Positions 25,158 to 34,323 of a stretch of 49,631 nucleotides of DNA are shown here, one piece after another. Source of the stretch: a virus (Duplodnaviria > Caudoviricetes). The translations under genes and the position numbers were made by a program. The stretch's first letter is position 1. Every line of letters begins with the position of its first letter. The notes under the pieces are model-generated. The model was not told where the DNA came from. It saw only the letters and a list, made by a program, of their open reading frames with translations, and searched no databases. The stretch is taken from IMG/VR virus record IMGVR_UViG_3300046786_000327, positions 1-49,631 of that record; one strand, given 5' to 3'.

Positions 25158-25204
25158 AACTTTCCTTTCAATGATTATAACACGTGTATTGGATTTAGCC
25201 TAAT

Positions 25205-27136
25205 TTAGGCTACCCAACAATCACAGTTACATTTGATAACTTCGTCTATAGCTTCGTTAACGCTATAGCCAGAAGATATGAGTGACCCGCCTGTGTAATT
25301 TGTATTCAAATTTGGCGGTATCAATTCTTGGTAGTCAGAACCAGCTAAACTACCTGTTACTCTAGGTCCACCTGTGTCTTCGGGTAGACCAGGACCTATA
25401 GGTACCAAATCACCTACTACAACTGGATCAGTACAATTTGGTACAGTGAGCATGTTACCATACACACTATACGAATCAGCGACCTGACCAACATTATAGA
25501 ATGTGTCGTCCACTTGATTATAATATCCTGCCGGTGTGGGCACAGCAGTGTTGCCATCTACACTAACAGATAGTAAACTAGGGGTAGTGTATGGGCCACA
25601 ATTCGTATCTGCTGGCACTCCTGCAAGGGGGTTAGCTAACGGCACTGTGCCGTTAGCTTGTAATATCTTAGCTACAACAGGATTGAGCCTATCAGGTATA
25701 TTGTTGTCTAACTGGATACCTGCTTTCTCTAGACGATCCTGATTGCGTTCTTGCCTCATTTGCGCTACTAAACTCTGCCCACCAATTGTATCCCAATTAG
25801 AGATAGCTTCTAATGTAGCTGACTGCATGTGTGGCAATGTGTTTTTAGATAGTTGTGGTATTGAATCAACAAACCCAATCAATGTTACAGGGTATTGTGA
25901 TACAAATTCATCCTTTGGATCCGGTACAGGAGAAAATGCAGTGTATCTAGTTCGTTGCTCGATTGTCAATTGAATTCCAGTCGAGTTCCACATCGTGTTC
26001 AAATTTCTAACTGCAGGATTTCCGGTGTTATATATAACACTAATCTCAGCATTGGCTTGGTCAACATATGCTTGTACAACATCGTTCATAGGAGAAGGCC
26101 ATCCTGTAGTACCTATCGTAGTAGATCCTACACTACGATATGTATCACCGGTTGTGTTTGTTCCTCCGGTTGCTATTGCTCCGCCTGCTGTTACAGCTAG
26201 AGTTGCAGTAGGTGGTGCTTGCACAGTTATAGTTTCTACAGGTGGTGCATACGGACCAGATGATTGATTAGGTGGTGAATTATTACTACTGTTTGTTGCA
26301 GTACCGTAATTGTATGCAGAACCGTTATTGATTGTGAATTGAGTAACTCTACCAAACGTTCCACCACCTTGAGAACCAGCGTTTGCATCATTTGTTCCTA
26401 TTTGTAGTGTAACTGACGCTCCACAGTTATTAGGTGACAATGCTACAGTTGGAGCAGATGCTGTCCCTCGTCCATATCCACCACCATCACTACCCTCAGT
26501 AATCACAACAGTATAATACAGTGTGTCAATCCTAGGCTGACAAGTTGGATTAGTAGTTGGACTACCGCTGCCACATTGAAGATACGGATTAACTGGGTCG
26601 ATTGCAGGATAATTAGGATTAGATGCGTTTGCAATATATTGTTGAACGTTCACATAATAAGGAACAGTTACAATAGTGCAATTTGCTTTTTCCCACGTTA
26701 CGGCTAAGAACAACTGATTATATATGTTTGATAACTTAGTTGTTTGTAGGGTTTGAATGTCTGCTTGAATATTTTTCCAAGGGTAAGGTAGACCTGACAT
26801 CGAACCAAACAAATCAGACATTGTGTATGTACCTTTGGGGCCGCTACCCAATGCAGTGAGTGCTAGACCGGCTGTGTTGAGTGCTTCATTAGTAGGCACT
26901 CCCGTACCATTAACTTGACTTAACCCTTTGATAGTTTCTAAGTTAGGCACTATCTGTGCAAACTGTTCTATGTTCGTTTTGTTAATGTTGCGAATCTGTT
27001 GCATTGTCGCAGAGAATGCGCCGGCGGCAAGCGCAACATCAGGTGGTAAGATGTTTTGTAAATATGATCCAAAACCTTCGGCTGCTACTTGAATGTTTAA
27101 CCCTGATCCTGGAGTTGTTCCTGTGTCTTGTATCAT
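25205..27136 (-). CDS. putative virion (baseplate/tail) protein
   Basis: 643-aa G/T/P/N-rich ORF in an operon with PAAR; C-terminal CNCDC. Confidence 0.55.
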   Translation of the reverse strand: MIQDTGTTPGSGLNIQVAAEGFGSYLQNILPPDVALAAGAFSATMQQIRNINKTNIEQFAQIVPNLETIKGLSQVNGTGVPTNEALNTAGLALTALGSGPKGTYTMSDLFGSMSGLPYPWKNIQADIQTLQTTKLSNIYNQLFLAVTWEKANCTIVTVPYYVNVQQYIANASNPNYPAIDPVNPYLQCGSGSPTTNPTCQPRIDTLYYTVVITEGSDGGGYGRGTASAPTVALSPNNCGASVTLQIGTNDANAGSQGGGTFGRVTQFTINNGSAYNYGTATNSSNNSPPNQSSGPYAPPVETITVQAPPTATLAVTAGGAIATGGTNTTGDTYRSVGSTTIGTTGWPSPMNDVVQAYVDQANAEISVIYNTGNPAVRNLNTMWNSTGIQLTIEQRTRYTAFSPVPDPKDEFVSQYPVTLIGFVDSIPQLSKNTLPHMQSATLEAISNWDTIGGQSLVAQMRQERNQDRLEKAGIQLDNNIPDRLNPVVAKILQANGTVPLANPLAGVPADTNCGPYTTPSLLSVSVDGNTAVPTPAGYYNQVDDTFYNVGQVADSYSVYGNMLTVPNCTDPVVVGDLVPIGPGLPEDTGGPRVTGSLAGSDYQELIPPNLNTNYTGGSLISSGYSVNEAIDEVIKCNCDCWVA

Positions 27137-27138
27137 GA

Positions 27139-28887
27139 TTATCTTTGTCCCGGATATTGTGTTACATTTCTAGTGTACCAATCAACTAGTCTTTGTTGGT
27201 CTTCATCTGAGTTAGTTACTACAAACTCTTGCCCAGTAGCTTTTGCATAATCACTTACCAGGGCACGTCTTGTTGTAGTATCTAATTGACTGTACGCATA
27301 TTGATCGGGTGCCATCCATGAAGAAGTTGATTCATTCCATACCCAACCTGGTGAAGGTGGATTAACTTTATCTAATACAACGTCCCTTGTATTAGATCCG
27401 CCACCTGTTGTAAATTGACCACTTGTCCCGCTAGATGCACCACTAGCAGGTGTATCATACGACTGCGTAGCTGTTGCAACTGTTCTTCCACCTAATACAG
27501 GTGGTGTACCTGGCAATGGTTGCGGGCCAACTTGACCTATAACAGAAGGTGAACTTAGTACTGCATTAACACTTCCTGCACCATATATAGGATAATATGT
27601 TTTACTATTAGTAGGCAAGTTAGGCTCTGCGTTATACAAAGGTACTGTTAATGACTGATAGCTGTTAGGGAGCAATTTCTTAGGGTTTAGCAAATCAGCT
27701 AGCGACTCTAGTCCTTTTGTTTTACAGTTAAGAGGTGTTAGGATGTCTTCTAAGTCAACACCAACAATAATTAAGAATGCGCCGTATATTTTTTGTTCTT
27801 GACTTGCAGTAATTGGAATTGCGTTATCAATAATGTTTTGAATTTCTTCAGTAGATAAGCCGCTTGATAATAACGCTAGCGTTAATGACGGTGTGATACC
27901 ATTGAACTCTCGTATGGTCTGTAACAATACTGATGGCAATCCAAAAGTAGATATCTTGTTTAGATTAATAGCTTTACCCAATGCTATCAAATCTTCACCA
28001 AAGGGTTTTAATGCTAAATTGACACCTGCTATATCAGCACTTATCAAATCGTTCATGTTACTATATGTACCTTGCAAGAAACCCTTTGAAGCCTCCATCG
28101 CAAACATTGCAGAGTTAGTATATTCTACAAAACTAGAACCAGATATGAATGATGAACAGAAATCTTTATAGAATACATACGGTGCAGTTTGTTCACCGTT
28201 CCAATTAAATTCATTCCATGCTTGTAACGCAAACAATCTAACATAACCCCATTGAGTTACGCCATTTGAACTATTGTATGGATTCCATGAAGCTCTTAGT
28301 GCAGTAGTTGGGCTACCGTTGTTTGCAGGTCCAGTCCATGTGAACGTGTATGGTTTACTATTGCCTAATCCTGGAATAGAAATACCATAGAAGACACTAC
28401 CTTGCACAGTCGCAGGTCCTAAGTCTAAGCTTGACAACACAGTGAATGATCCTACACTTGATGTTTCTACTTGCCAGTAACCGTTGTATCCTTGGGGGTC
28501 AGTAATACTAGTAGCAGTAGTACCACTAATTCTAATATATGTACCAACTGGGAATTGAGCTACTGTGCCTGTTCCATGTGTAACAGTAAATCGTTCAATA
28601 GTAGAAGTGATACTAACTGTTGCAATATTATTAACAGCAGAACCAATACTAATCAAATTGTCATAGACAGTGTTATTTACAACACCCCTTGCATACGCAT
28701 CATTGATAGACCATGTGAGTAGTCTAAGGCAAGTATTCTGCACCACTGTACCGAACGTATATGCAGAGTATTGTTTACTCTGGCCCATATATGATTCAGC
28801 CACTGGATTGATATTAAGACCTGTATTTTGTAACACAGATCCTAATACGTTTACGCCTAGTGGACTTTGTTTTCCTGTATCTGCCAT
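27139..28887 (-). CDS. putative virion (baseplate/tail) protein
   Basis: 582-aa ORF immediately downstream of PAAR. Confidence 0.55.
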   Translation of the reverse strand: MADTGKQSPLGVNVLGSVLQNTGLNINPVAESYMGQSKQYSAYTFGTVVQNTCLRLLTWSINDAYARGVVNNTVYDNLISIGSAVNNIATVSITSTIERFTVTHGTGTVAQFPVGTYIRISGTTATSITDPQGYNGYWQVETSSVGSFTVLSSLDLGPATVQGSVFYGISIPGLGNSKPYTFTWTGPANNGSPTTALRASWNPYNSSNGVTQWGYVRLFALQAWNEFNWNGEQTAPYVFYKDFCSSFISGSSFVEYTNSAMFAMEASKGFLQGTYSNMNDLISADIAGVNLALKPFGEDLIALGKAINLNKISTFGLPSVLLQTIREFNGITPSLTLALLSSGLSTEEIQNIIDNAIPITASQEQKIYGAFLIIVGVDLEDILTPLNCKTKGLESLADLLNPKKLLPNSYQSLTVPLYNAEPNLPTNSKTYYPIYGAGSVNAVLSSPSVIGQVGPQPLPGTPPVLGGRTVATATQSYDTPASGASSGTSGQFTTGGGSNTRDVVLDKVNPPSPGWVWNESTSSWMAPDQYAYSQLDTTTRRALVSDYAKATGQEFVVTNSDEDQQRLVDWYTRNVTQYPGQR

Positions 28888-28893
28888 AATTGG

Positions 28894-29175
28894 TTATGGG
28901 CAAAAAACGTCATCACTGCCTTCAGCAATACTGTGACCACATGTATTACCTGATCCTACTCTGAGTACAGGTACATTTTCTGCGAACACAGTAGGACTTC
29001 CGTCAGTAGTTGAAGCCGCTTCATGCGGTGGATGCGGTTTGCCCCACGGCGCATGAGGGGTGATTTTACTAACATGTAGGCCTACAGCGATTCCATTAGC
29101 AAACACAGTGCTTGCACCTCGCATTATTTTACCACCTACTTGATTAGCATCGCCCATGCGACTTAATTTTGCCAT
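28894..29175 (-). CDS. PAAR-domain spike tip protein (T4 gp5.4-like)
   Basis: R.GD, TVFANG, H...PHPPH, GSPTVF and CGH...GS.DV motifs. Confidence 0.88.
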   Translation of the reverse strand: MAKLSRMGDANQVGGKIMRGASTVFANGIAVGLHVSKITPHAPWGKPHPPHEAASTTDGSPTVFAENVPVLRVGSGNTCGHSIAEGSDDVFCP

Positions 29176-29176
29176 A

Positions 29177-29482
29177 TTATCCTAAGATTAATTTCTTATC
29201 TGGTACTTTGATACCAGTAGTAGCTTCAAGATATTTCATCTTGACACTATCATCCGTGATTGCAAGTATTGCAACGCTACTAGTATTTAGCTTGAATTCT
29301 TCCTTCGGATCTGCGGTAAAGACGCTAGGAATCATTTGCATACCTTGTTGTGTGGGTGCAATAGAGACTGGTTCTTCTAAGACGATAAAATCTCCACCTG
29401 CTTGCTTTACTTTAGCGATTAGTTCTTCGCCTGAATTGAGCTTGAATGTATATACTTGACCTGGTGTTAGTGCTATTTGCAT
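29177..29482 (-). CDS. conserved T4-like hypothetical protein (Sm-like fold probable)
   Basis: FKLNSGEELIAKV and Y..ATTGI.VP...LI motifs. Confidence 0.65.
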   Translation of the reverse strand: MQIALTPGQVYTFKLNSGEELIAKVKQAGGDFIVLEEPVSIAPTQQGMQMIPSVFTADPKEEFKLNTSSVAILAITDDSVKMKYLEATTGIKVPDKKLILG

Positions 29483-29712
29483 TAGTTACTTTCTGTTAAT
29501 TTAGTTCTGAGTTCAGTGAAACCACCGATAAGTTCCCCGTCCATAATAATTTGGGGAACTGTTCTTGCTGTTGGGATTGCTTCAAGCAATTCTTCTTTTG
29601 TCCATCCATCTCCTATTTTGCGTTCTTCAAAAGTAATACCTTTTTGATTAAGTAATGCTTTAGCTTGATCGCAATAAGGACAATGATACTTACTCCATAC
29701 GATTGTTTTCAT
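29482..29712 (-). CDS. glutaredoxin
   Basis: CPYC, TVPQI and IGGF motifs; adjacent to nrdB. Confidence 0.95.
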   Translation of the reverse strand: MKTIVWSKYHCPYCDQAKALLNQKGITFEERKIGDGWTKEELLEAIPTARTVPQIIMDGELIGGFTELRTKLTESN

Positions 29713-29723
29713 AATATTTCCTC

Positions 29724-30824
29724 TTAAATGTTAGGTAATTCATCGTAATCTAGTGCGTCACTCATGACACCGATTACATAATTAGTTGATTCATTTTCTT
29801 GTAGTGCAGTTTGCTTTTTGCTAGTGTCACTATGCTTGTTGAACCATGGGATAGGGGTGGTCTTAGGGGCATTACTATTATAGCGTATACCGATTTCTTT
29901 CAATGCGCCAACTGCTGTATAGTCAACAAAGTCTTTCAATACAGTTGCATTCAATCCAATGACTGGACCCAATTTAAACAAATAGTCTGCCCACTCTTTT
30001 TCTTCACGGATAACATCCATATAAAGTTGATACACTTCAGCTTCACATTCAGCCTTGATTGCGGCAAAGCGAGGATCTTCTTTGACAACTTGATTAATCA
30101 AGAAAGCTGTCCAACCCTTGTGTAACAATTCGTCTTGTAAAATCAAACTAATGATGTTACCGTTGCCGATAAAGATTTTATTCTCGACCATTGCCAGTGA
30201 CGTAGCGAATGATACCATGAAACGAAATGCTTCTAGTGCATAGCTTGCATGTAGTGCTAACCAAATTGCCTTAATATGTTCATGCTCCGTGATTGTTTCA
30301 CCAATCTCTTTGCGGCAATTGATGCGATGCAATGCATCATAGTAGTTACCTACACTAGATGCCATGCTGACAATTTCTTGAGTATCATGAATTGTGTTGA
30401 ATACTTCCTTTGGCACATTGTAGATGTTACGAATGATGTGACTATAGCTACGACTATGAATATTTGTTTCAAAGAATGTCCAGTTATATACTAGAGCTTC
30501 TAGTTCAGGTAAGCTGATAACAGGAGCAAACACTTGACTAGGTCCACGACCTTGTAAACTATCCAATGCTGTTTGTCGCAATAAGTTACTAGTAAAGATG
30601 TGTTTCACAGCATCACTAGCTTCTTTGAAGTCGTTAGCATCTTTAGTTAATGATACTTCTTCTGGTACCCAAAAGAAACCACGTGCTGTTGTTTCAAAGT
30701 CTGCAATCTTTTTATATTTTACTTCTTCAAATCTTTGAATGGTTACGGGACCTTCCGGGTCCAAAAACATTTTTCTATTCAAATAATCTGTCTTAGTGTG
30801 TAAGTTGTATTGTTGTTTACTCAT
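29724..30824 (-). CDS. nrdB: ribonucleotide reductase class Ia beta subunit
   Basis: FFWVPEEV, LDSLQGR, ETNIHSRSY, DELLH and QE.E...Y motifs. Confidence 0.96.
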   Translation of the reverse strand: MSKQQYNLHTKTDYLNRKMFLDPEGPVTIQRFEEVKYKKIADFETTARGFFWVPEEVSLTKDANDFKEASDAVKHIFTSNLLRQTALDSLQGRGPSQVFAPVISLPELEALVYNWTFFETNIHSRSYSHIIRNIYNVPKEVFNTIHDTQEIVSMASSVGNYYDALHRINCRKEIGETITEHEHIKAIWLALHASYALEAFRFMVSFATSLAMVENKIFIGNGNIISLILQDELLHKGWTAFLINQVVKEDPRFAAIKAECEAEVYQLYMDVIREEKEWADYLFKLGPVIGLNATVLKDFVDYTAVGALKEIGIRYNSNAPKTTPIPWFNKHSDTSKKQTALQENESTNYVIGVMSDALDYDELPNI

Positions 30825-31528
30825 TTTTTATTTCTTATAAAAGGTGTTGCGTTACGCTCAATAAGCGGGTCGTATGGTTCGCCGGGTGGCATTCCAATTG
30901 CTTCTCGTTCCAAGTCTAGTAAAAATACTAATCTATATTCGTCTGTTAAGTTATGTGCGCTATGGGGTAATTGATTATTAAATCCCCATATATCACTCCA
31001 ATCTATTTCTTCACCGTTGCATTCAAAGAATACATCACCTTCTGGAATAATTAGAGGTATGTGAATTCGTATATACTTACCTTCTCTATTCTCTACTCCA
31101 GTGTGACGTTGAATCACACTATTAGGTGCTAGTATACTGTAGTTAGCAATGGGACATTTTTCCAATCCACCGTATTTTCTAATAATCCTGTGTGCGGCTA
31201 AGTACTTCATAGAAAAGTCAGCAGTAAAACTAACATCTACTTCATCATCATGTCTTTCATAACGAAATCCCATGTTCTTCCAACCTGCAAAGTTTGGTTC
31301 AAATTCCCCTGTCTCTTTATTTTCAGTTTGAATGATCCACTCAGTCTTATAAGCAGGTATACCTAAATCCCTGCGATCCATAGTATCAACTGCCTGAGCT
31401 TTTGCGGCTTCTTCTAATGTAGAGAACCCTCGCATGAAGTCTTCACGCAAGGAATCTTGACAAGACATTAAGTAGTCTGCAACATGAGCAGGCAATTCAT
31501 GTCGCTTATATAGACCCTTGACTGTCAT
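30821..31528 (-). CDS. AspH-like beta-hydroxylase, between nrdA and nrdB
   Basis: YS.LAPNS.I.RHTG.EN, RIHIPLIIP and FNNQ..HSA.N.....R..F..D; ATGA overlaps with both neighbours. Confidence 0.85.
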   Translation of the reverse strand: MTVKGLYKRHELPAHVADYLMSCQDSLREDFMRGFSTLEEAAKAQAVDTMDRRDLGIPAYKTEWIIQTENKETGEFEPNFAGWKNMGFRYERHDDEVDVSFTADFSMKYLAAHRIIRKYGGLEKCPIANYSILAPNSVIQRHTGVENREGKYIRIHIPLIIPEGDVFFECNGEEIDWSDIWGFNNQLPHSAHNLTDEYRLVFLLDLEREAIGMPPGEPYDPLIERNATPFIRNKK

Positions 31529-33843
31529 AGCTTGCAAGCCTCGCAATCATCTGCATCATCAAAATCAACAGGCTCTAGCATAACAGGAGCATCCTCTGCT
31601 TGTTGTTTACTGCCTTGCTTGTTAATTAAACTATAGTAGAATGTCTTTATTCCCCATACATGCGCTTGCATTAAGTTCTTAGCGATCAATGTTGTAGGGA
31701 CCTTGCGTTCTGGAAAGTGTGCTGGATTGTAGAATGTGTTAGTTGATATACTTTGGTCGACATATACTTGTATTACGGCCGCAGTTTTCAAATATGCATC
31801 GCAATCCTTTTGTTCCCACATCAATTGATACTTGTTTTTCAACTTGTGATATTCGGGAACAACTTGAACAAAACTTCCTGCTTTACTTTCTTTAACTGAA
31901 ATTAGACTCATCGGCATTTCAATGCCATTAGTAGAGTTAATAACTACAGAGCTTGATTCTACAGGAGCAACCGCCATTTGTGTAGCATTGCGGACACCAT
32001 AACTACGCATCAACGCACGTAAGCCTTCCCAATTTAGTTCTGGTGTAAAGTCTGCTAGTTCGTTTGAACCGTTAGCTCTACGTTCCCACGGGAAGATAGC
32101 TTGTCCGTAAAGAGTCTTATCACTATGTTCGCAACGACCACGCTCTTGTGCCAATTCAACACTTGATTCGGTCAAGTAGTACGCTTGATGTTCCATCCAT
32201 GTCTTAACTTCTTGTAGTGCGTCTTTGTCTCCGTACTTGAGACTACGCTTGGCGTGCCAGTAAGCTAAGTTAGTAATGCCGATTCCAAGCGGTCTGATTT
32301 CATCATTAGATAACTTACTTTGAATACTCAAGAAGTCTTGATAATCGAGGATATTGTTAAGAGACCTGTGAAGAATACGGCAAGCCCTACGCATATCTTC
32401 TGGATTGCGGAAAGCTCCCCAGTTGATACTACCCAATGTGCATAAAGCAATGCGACCATCGCTATCATCAAGACGTTTAAAAGACTTAGTAGGAAGTAGA
32501 ATTTCACAGCAAAGATTACTCTGATAAATTGTATGATACTCAGGGTCGAATGGACCTTGATTCATTACGTTGTCAATAAAGACAAGATAGATACGACCTG
32601 TATCTGTACGTTCTTTAAGAATACCGCTCTTAAAGACTTCTTCTGCACTCATTGTTTTCTTACGCAGTCCTTTTTGTTTCTCATACTTAACATAAAGTTC
32701 TTCAAATAGTTCTGTGTTAGAATAGAAGGCTTCGTATAGATCCGGCACTTCGTTAGGGTCAAAGAACGTGATGTTCTCTTTGTTTCTAAATCTACGCCAG
32801 AAAAAAGCACTAAGCACCACCCCATAGTCCATGAATCGGACACGGGTTTCGTCGGTTCCCTGATTGTTTTTGAGAACAATGAGGTCATCGAATTGATGAT
32901 GCCAGATGGGATAAAACACAGTTGCACTAGCATTACGAATGCCTCCTTGACTACATGAACGTAAATCACCAAACCACTTCTTCAAGAACGGAATCATACC
33001 AGTGTGCATGATTTCGCCACCACGAATAGGACTACCTAAAGGACGTAGACGACCGATCTCCAAACCAATGCCTGCACGTTTGCTAGCATACTTTGCCATC
33101 ATCTCACCTGAGGCAAAGATTGAATCTAAGTCATCATCACTACGAATCAATACGCAAGAGCTAAATTGCTTAGTAGGAGTACCCAGGCCGGCAAGTACGG
33201 GTGTTGCCAGAGTAAAGAGTCCGTCGCTGGCCGCAGTATAATATTCTTTAATGAATCGCATACGTGCTGCCAAAGGTTCTTCTTTGTGGAAGAGGGTTGC
33301 GGCAGCGACCATGTATCTAACTTGTGGTGTTTCATAAATTTCCTTAGTGGAACGATTACGAACAAGATACTTCTCAATCATTTGCTCAATGGCGGCATAA
33401 CTATATTGTTCGTCTTTAGAATGGTCGATGAACGAATCCATCTTGTTCCATTCTTCTTCAGTATACCATTCTAATAGTTCACTAGTATACAATCCTGTTT
33501 CTACGTTTTTCTTAACGATAGAATATAAACTAGGTGGTGTATACTGACCGTATACATCTTTACGTAGCATAGACAAACGTTGTTTACCAGCAACATATTG
33601 ATAATTAGTATGTCCTACTTCAGGGTTTGATTCTACATCAATAAGGTCAACTATAGCACGTAATGTAATCTCGTCAATTTGACGAGTAGAGATACCATCA
33701 TAAAAATGTAATTGGCTCTTAATTTCTACCATTGACGGACTTACATCTGCAATACCCTTACAAATTTTTGCAACTTGGGCTTGCCATTTTTCAATCGTGA
33801 GTGGTTCTTTAGACCCATTTCTTTTTATAACGTCAATTTTCAT
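31525..33843 (-). CDS. nrdA: ribonucleotide reductase class Ia alpha subunit
   Basis: ATP-cone VIKRNG, QFSSC, SNLCCEI, LCTL, KTFYY and C-terminal CEAC; uninterrupted. Confidence 0.97.
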   Translation of the reverse strand: MKIDVIKRNGSKEPLTIEKWQAQVAKICKGIADVSPSMVEIKSQLHFYDGISTRQIDEITLRAIVDLIDVESNPEVGHTNYQYVAGKQRLSMLRKDVYGQYTPPSLYSIVKKNVETGLYTSELLEWYTEEEWNKMDSFIDHSKDEQYSYAAIEQMIEKYLVRNRSTKEIYETPQVRYMVAAATLFHKEEPLAARMRFIKEYYTAASDGLFTLATPVLAGLGTPTKQFSSCVLIRSDDDLDSIFASGEMMAKYASKRAGIGLEIGRLRPLGSPIRGGEIMHTGMIPFLKKWFGDLRSCSQGGIRNASATVFYPIWHHQFDDLIVLKNNQGTDETRVRFMDYGVVLSAFFWRRFRNKENITFFDPNEVPDLYEAFYSNTELFEELYVKYEKQKGLRKKTMSAEEVFKSGILKERTDTGRIYLVFIDNVMNQGPFDPEYHTIYQSNLCCEILLPTKSFKRLDDSDGRIALCTLGSINWGAFRNPEDMRRACRILHRSLNNILDYQDFLSIQSKLSNDEIRPLGIGITNLAYWHAKRSLKYGDKDALQEVKTWMEHQAYYLTESSVELAQERGRCEHSDKTLYGQAIFPWERRANGSNELADFTPELNWEGLRALMRSYGVRNATQMAVAPVESSSVVINSTNGIEMPMSLISVKESKAGSFVQVVPEYHKLKNKYQLMWEQKDCDAYLKTAAVIQVYVDQSISTNTFYNPAHFPERKVPTTLIAKNLMQAHVWGIKTFYYSLINKQGSKQQAEDAPVMLEPVDFDDADDCEACKL

Positions 33844-33844
33844 A

Positions 33845-34279
33845 TTATATTTTCTTTTTAATTTTTTCTATTTGTAGAGTGTCGGTTAGCTTAAATTCTG
33901 TTAGATTGATATTTACTACCATATCGGGCCAGTAATTCATCACATATTTTGCGTGGTCAACCAAGACTAATGCAACATCTTCACTATTATCGTCGGTTCC
34001 TAGGCAAAAGTCAACATCAGTAACACCCAATAGTAGTAATGTATAAATCATTCCCAAACCTCTAGCGATTTGACAATATTCATTGTCATTCAATAGTTCC
34101 CATGGACCGGGCCATTGATCTATTTCATGAGGATGTAGGTAATGGTTTACTAAAGGTGCGGACTGCCACCATTTGTCTATTTCTATACATTTGGTTTCTA
34201 AGTCTGCATTTTGGAGAGATTGTCTTAGATCATACCAGGACTGTAGTCTGGTTTCGTAATTTAATTGAAATACATTCAT
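33845..34279 (-). CDS. hypothetical protein
   Basis: WP.PWEL...YC..ARGLGM.YTL block; start 34279 or 34297. Confidence 0.65.
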   Translation of the reverse strand: MNVFQLNYETRLQSWYDLRQSLQNADLETKCIEIDKWWQSAPLVNHYLHPHEIDQWPGPWELLNDNEYCQIARGLGMIYTLLLLGVTDVDFCLGTDDNSEDVALVLVDHAKYVMNYWPDMVVNINLTEFKLTDTLQIEKIKKKI

Positions 34280-34323
34280 CACACTCGTACTTATCATTTA
34301 GAAAATACGAGTGTGAAATTGTA

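Noticed and set aside
29724-33843. Intron, intein or homing endonuclease in nrdAB
   Set aside because: Both subunits are normal length and continuous; the intervening gene is an AspH-like hydroxylase.
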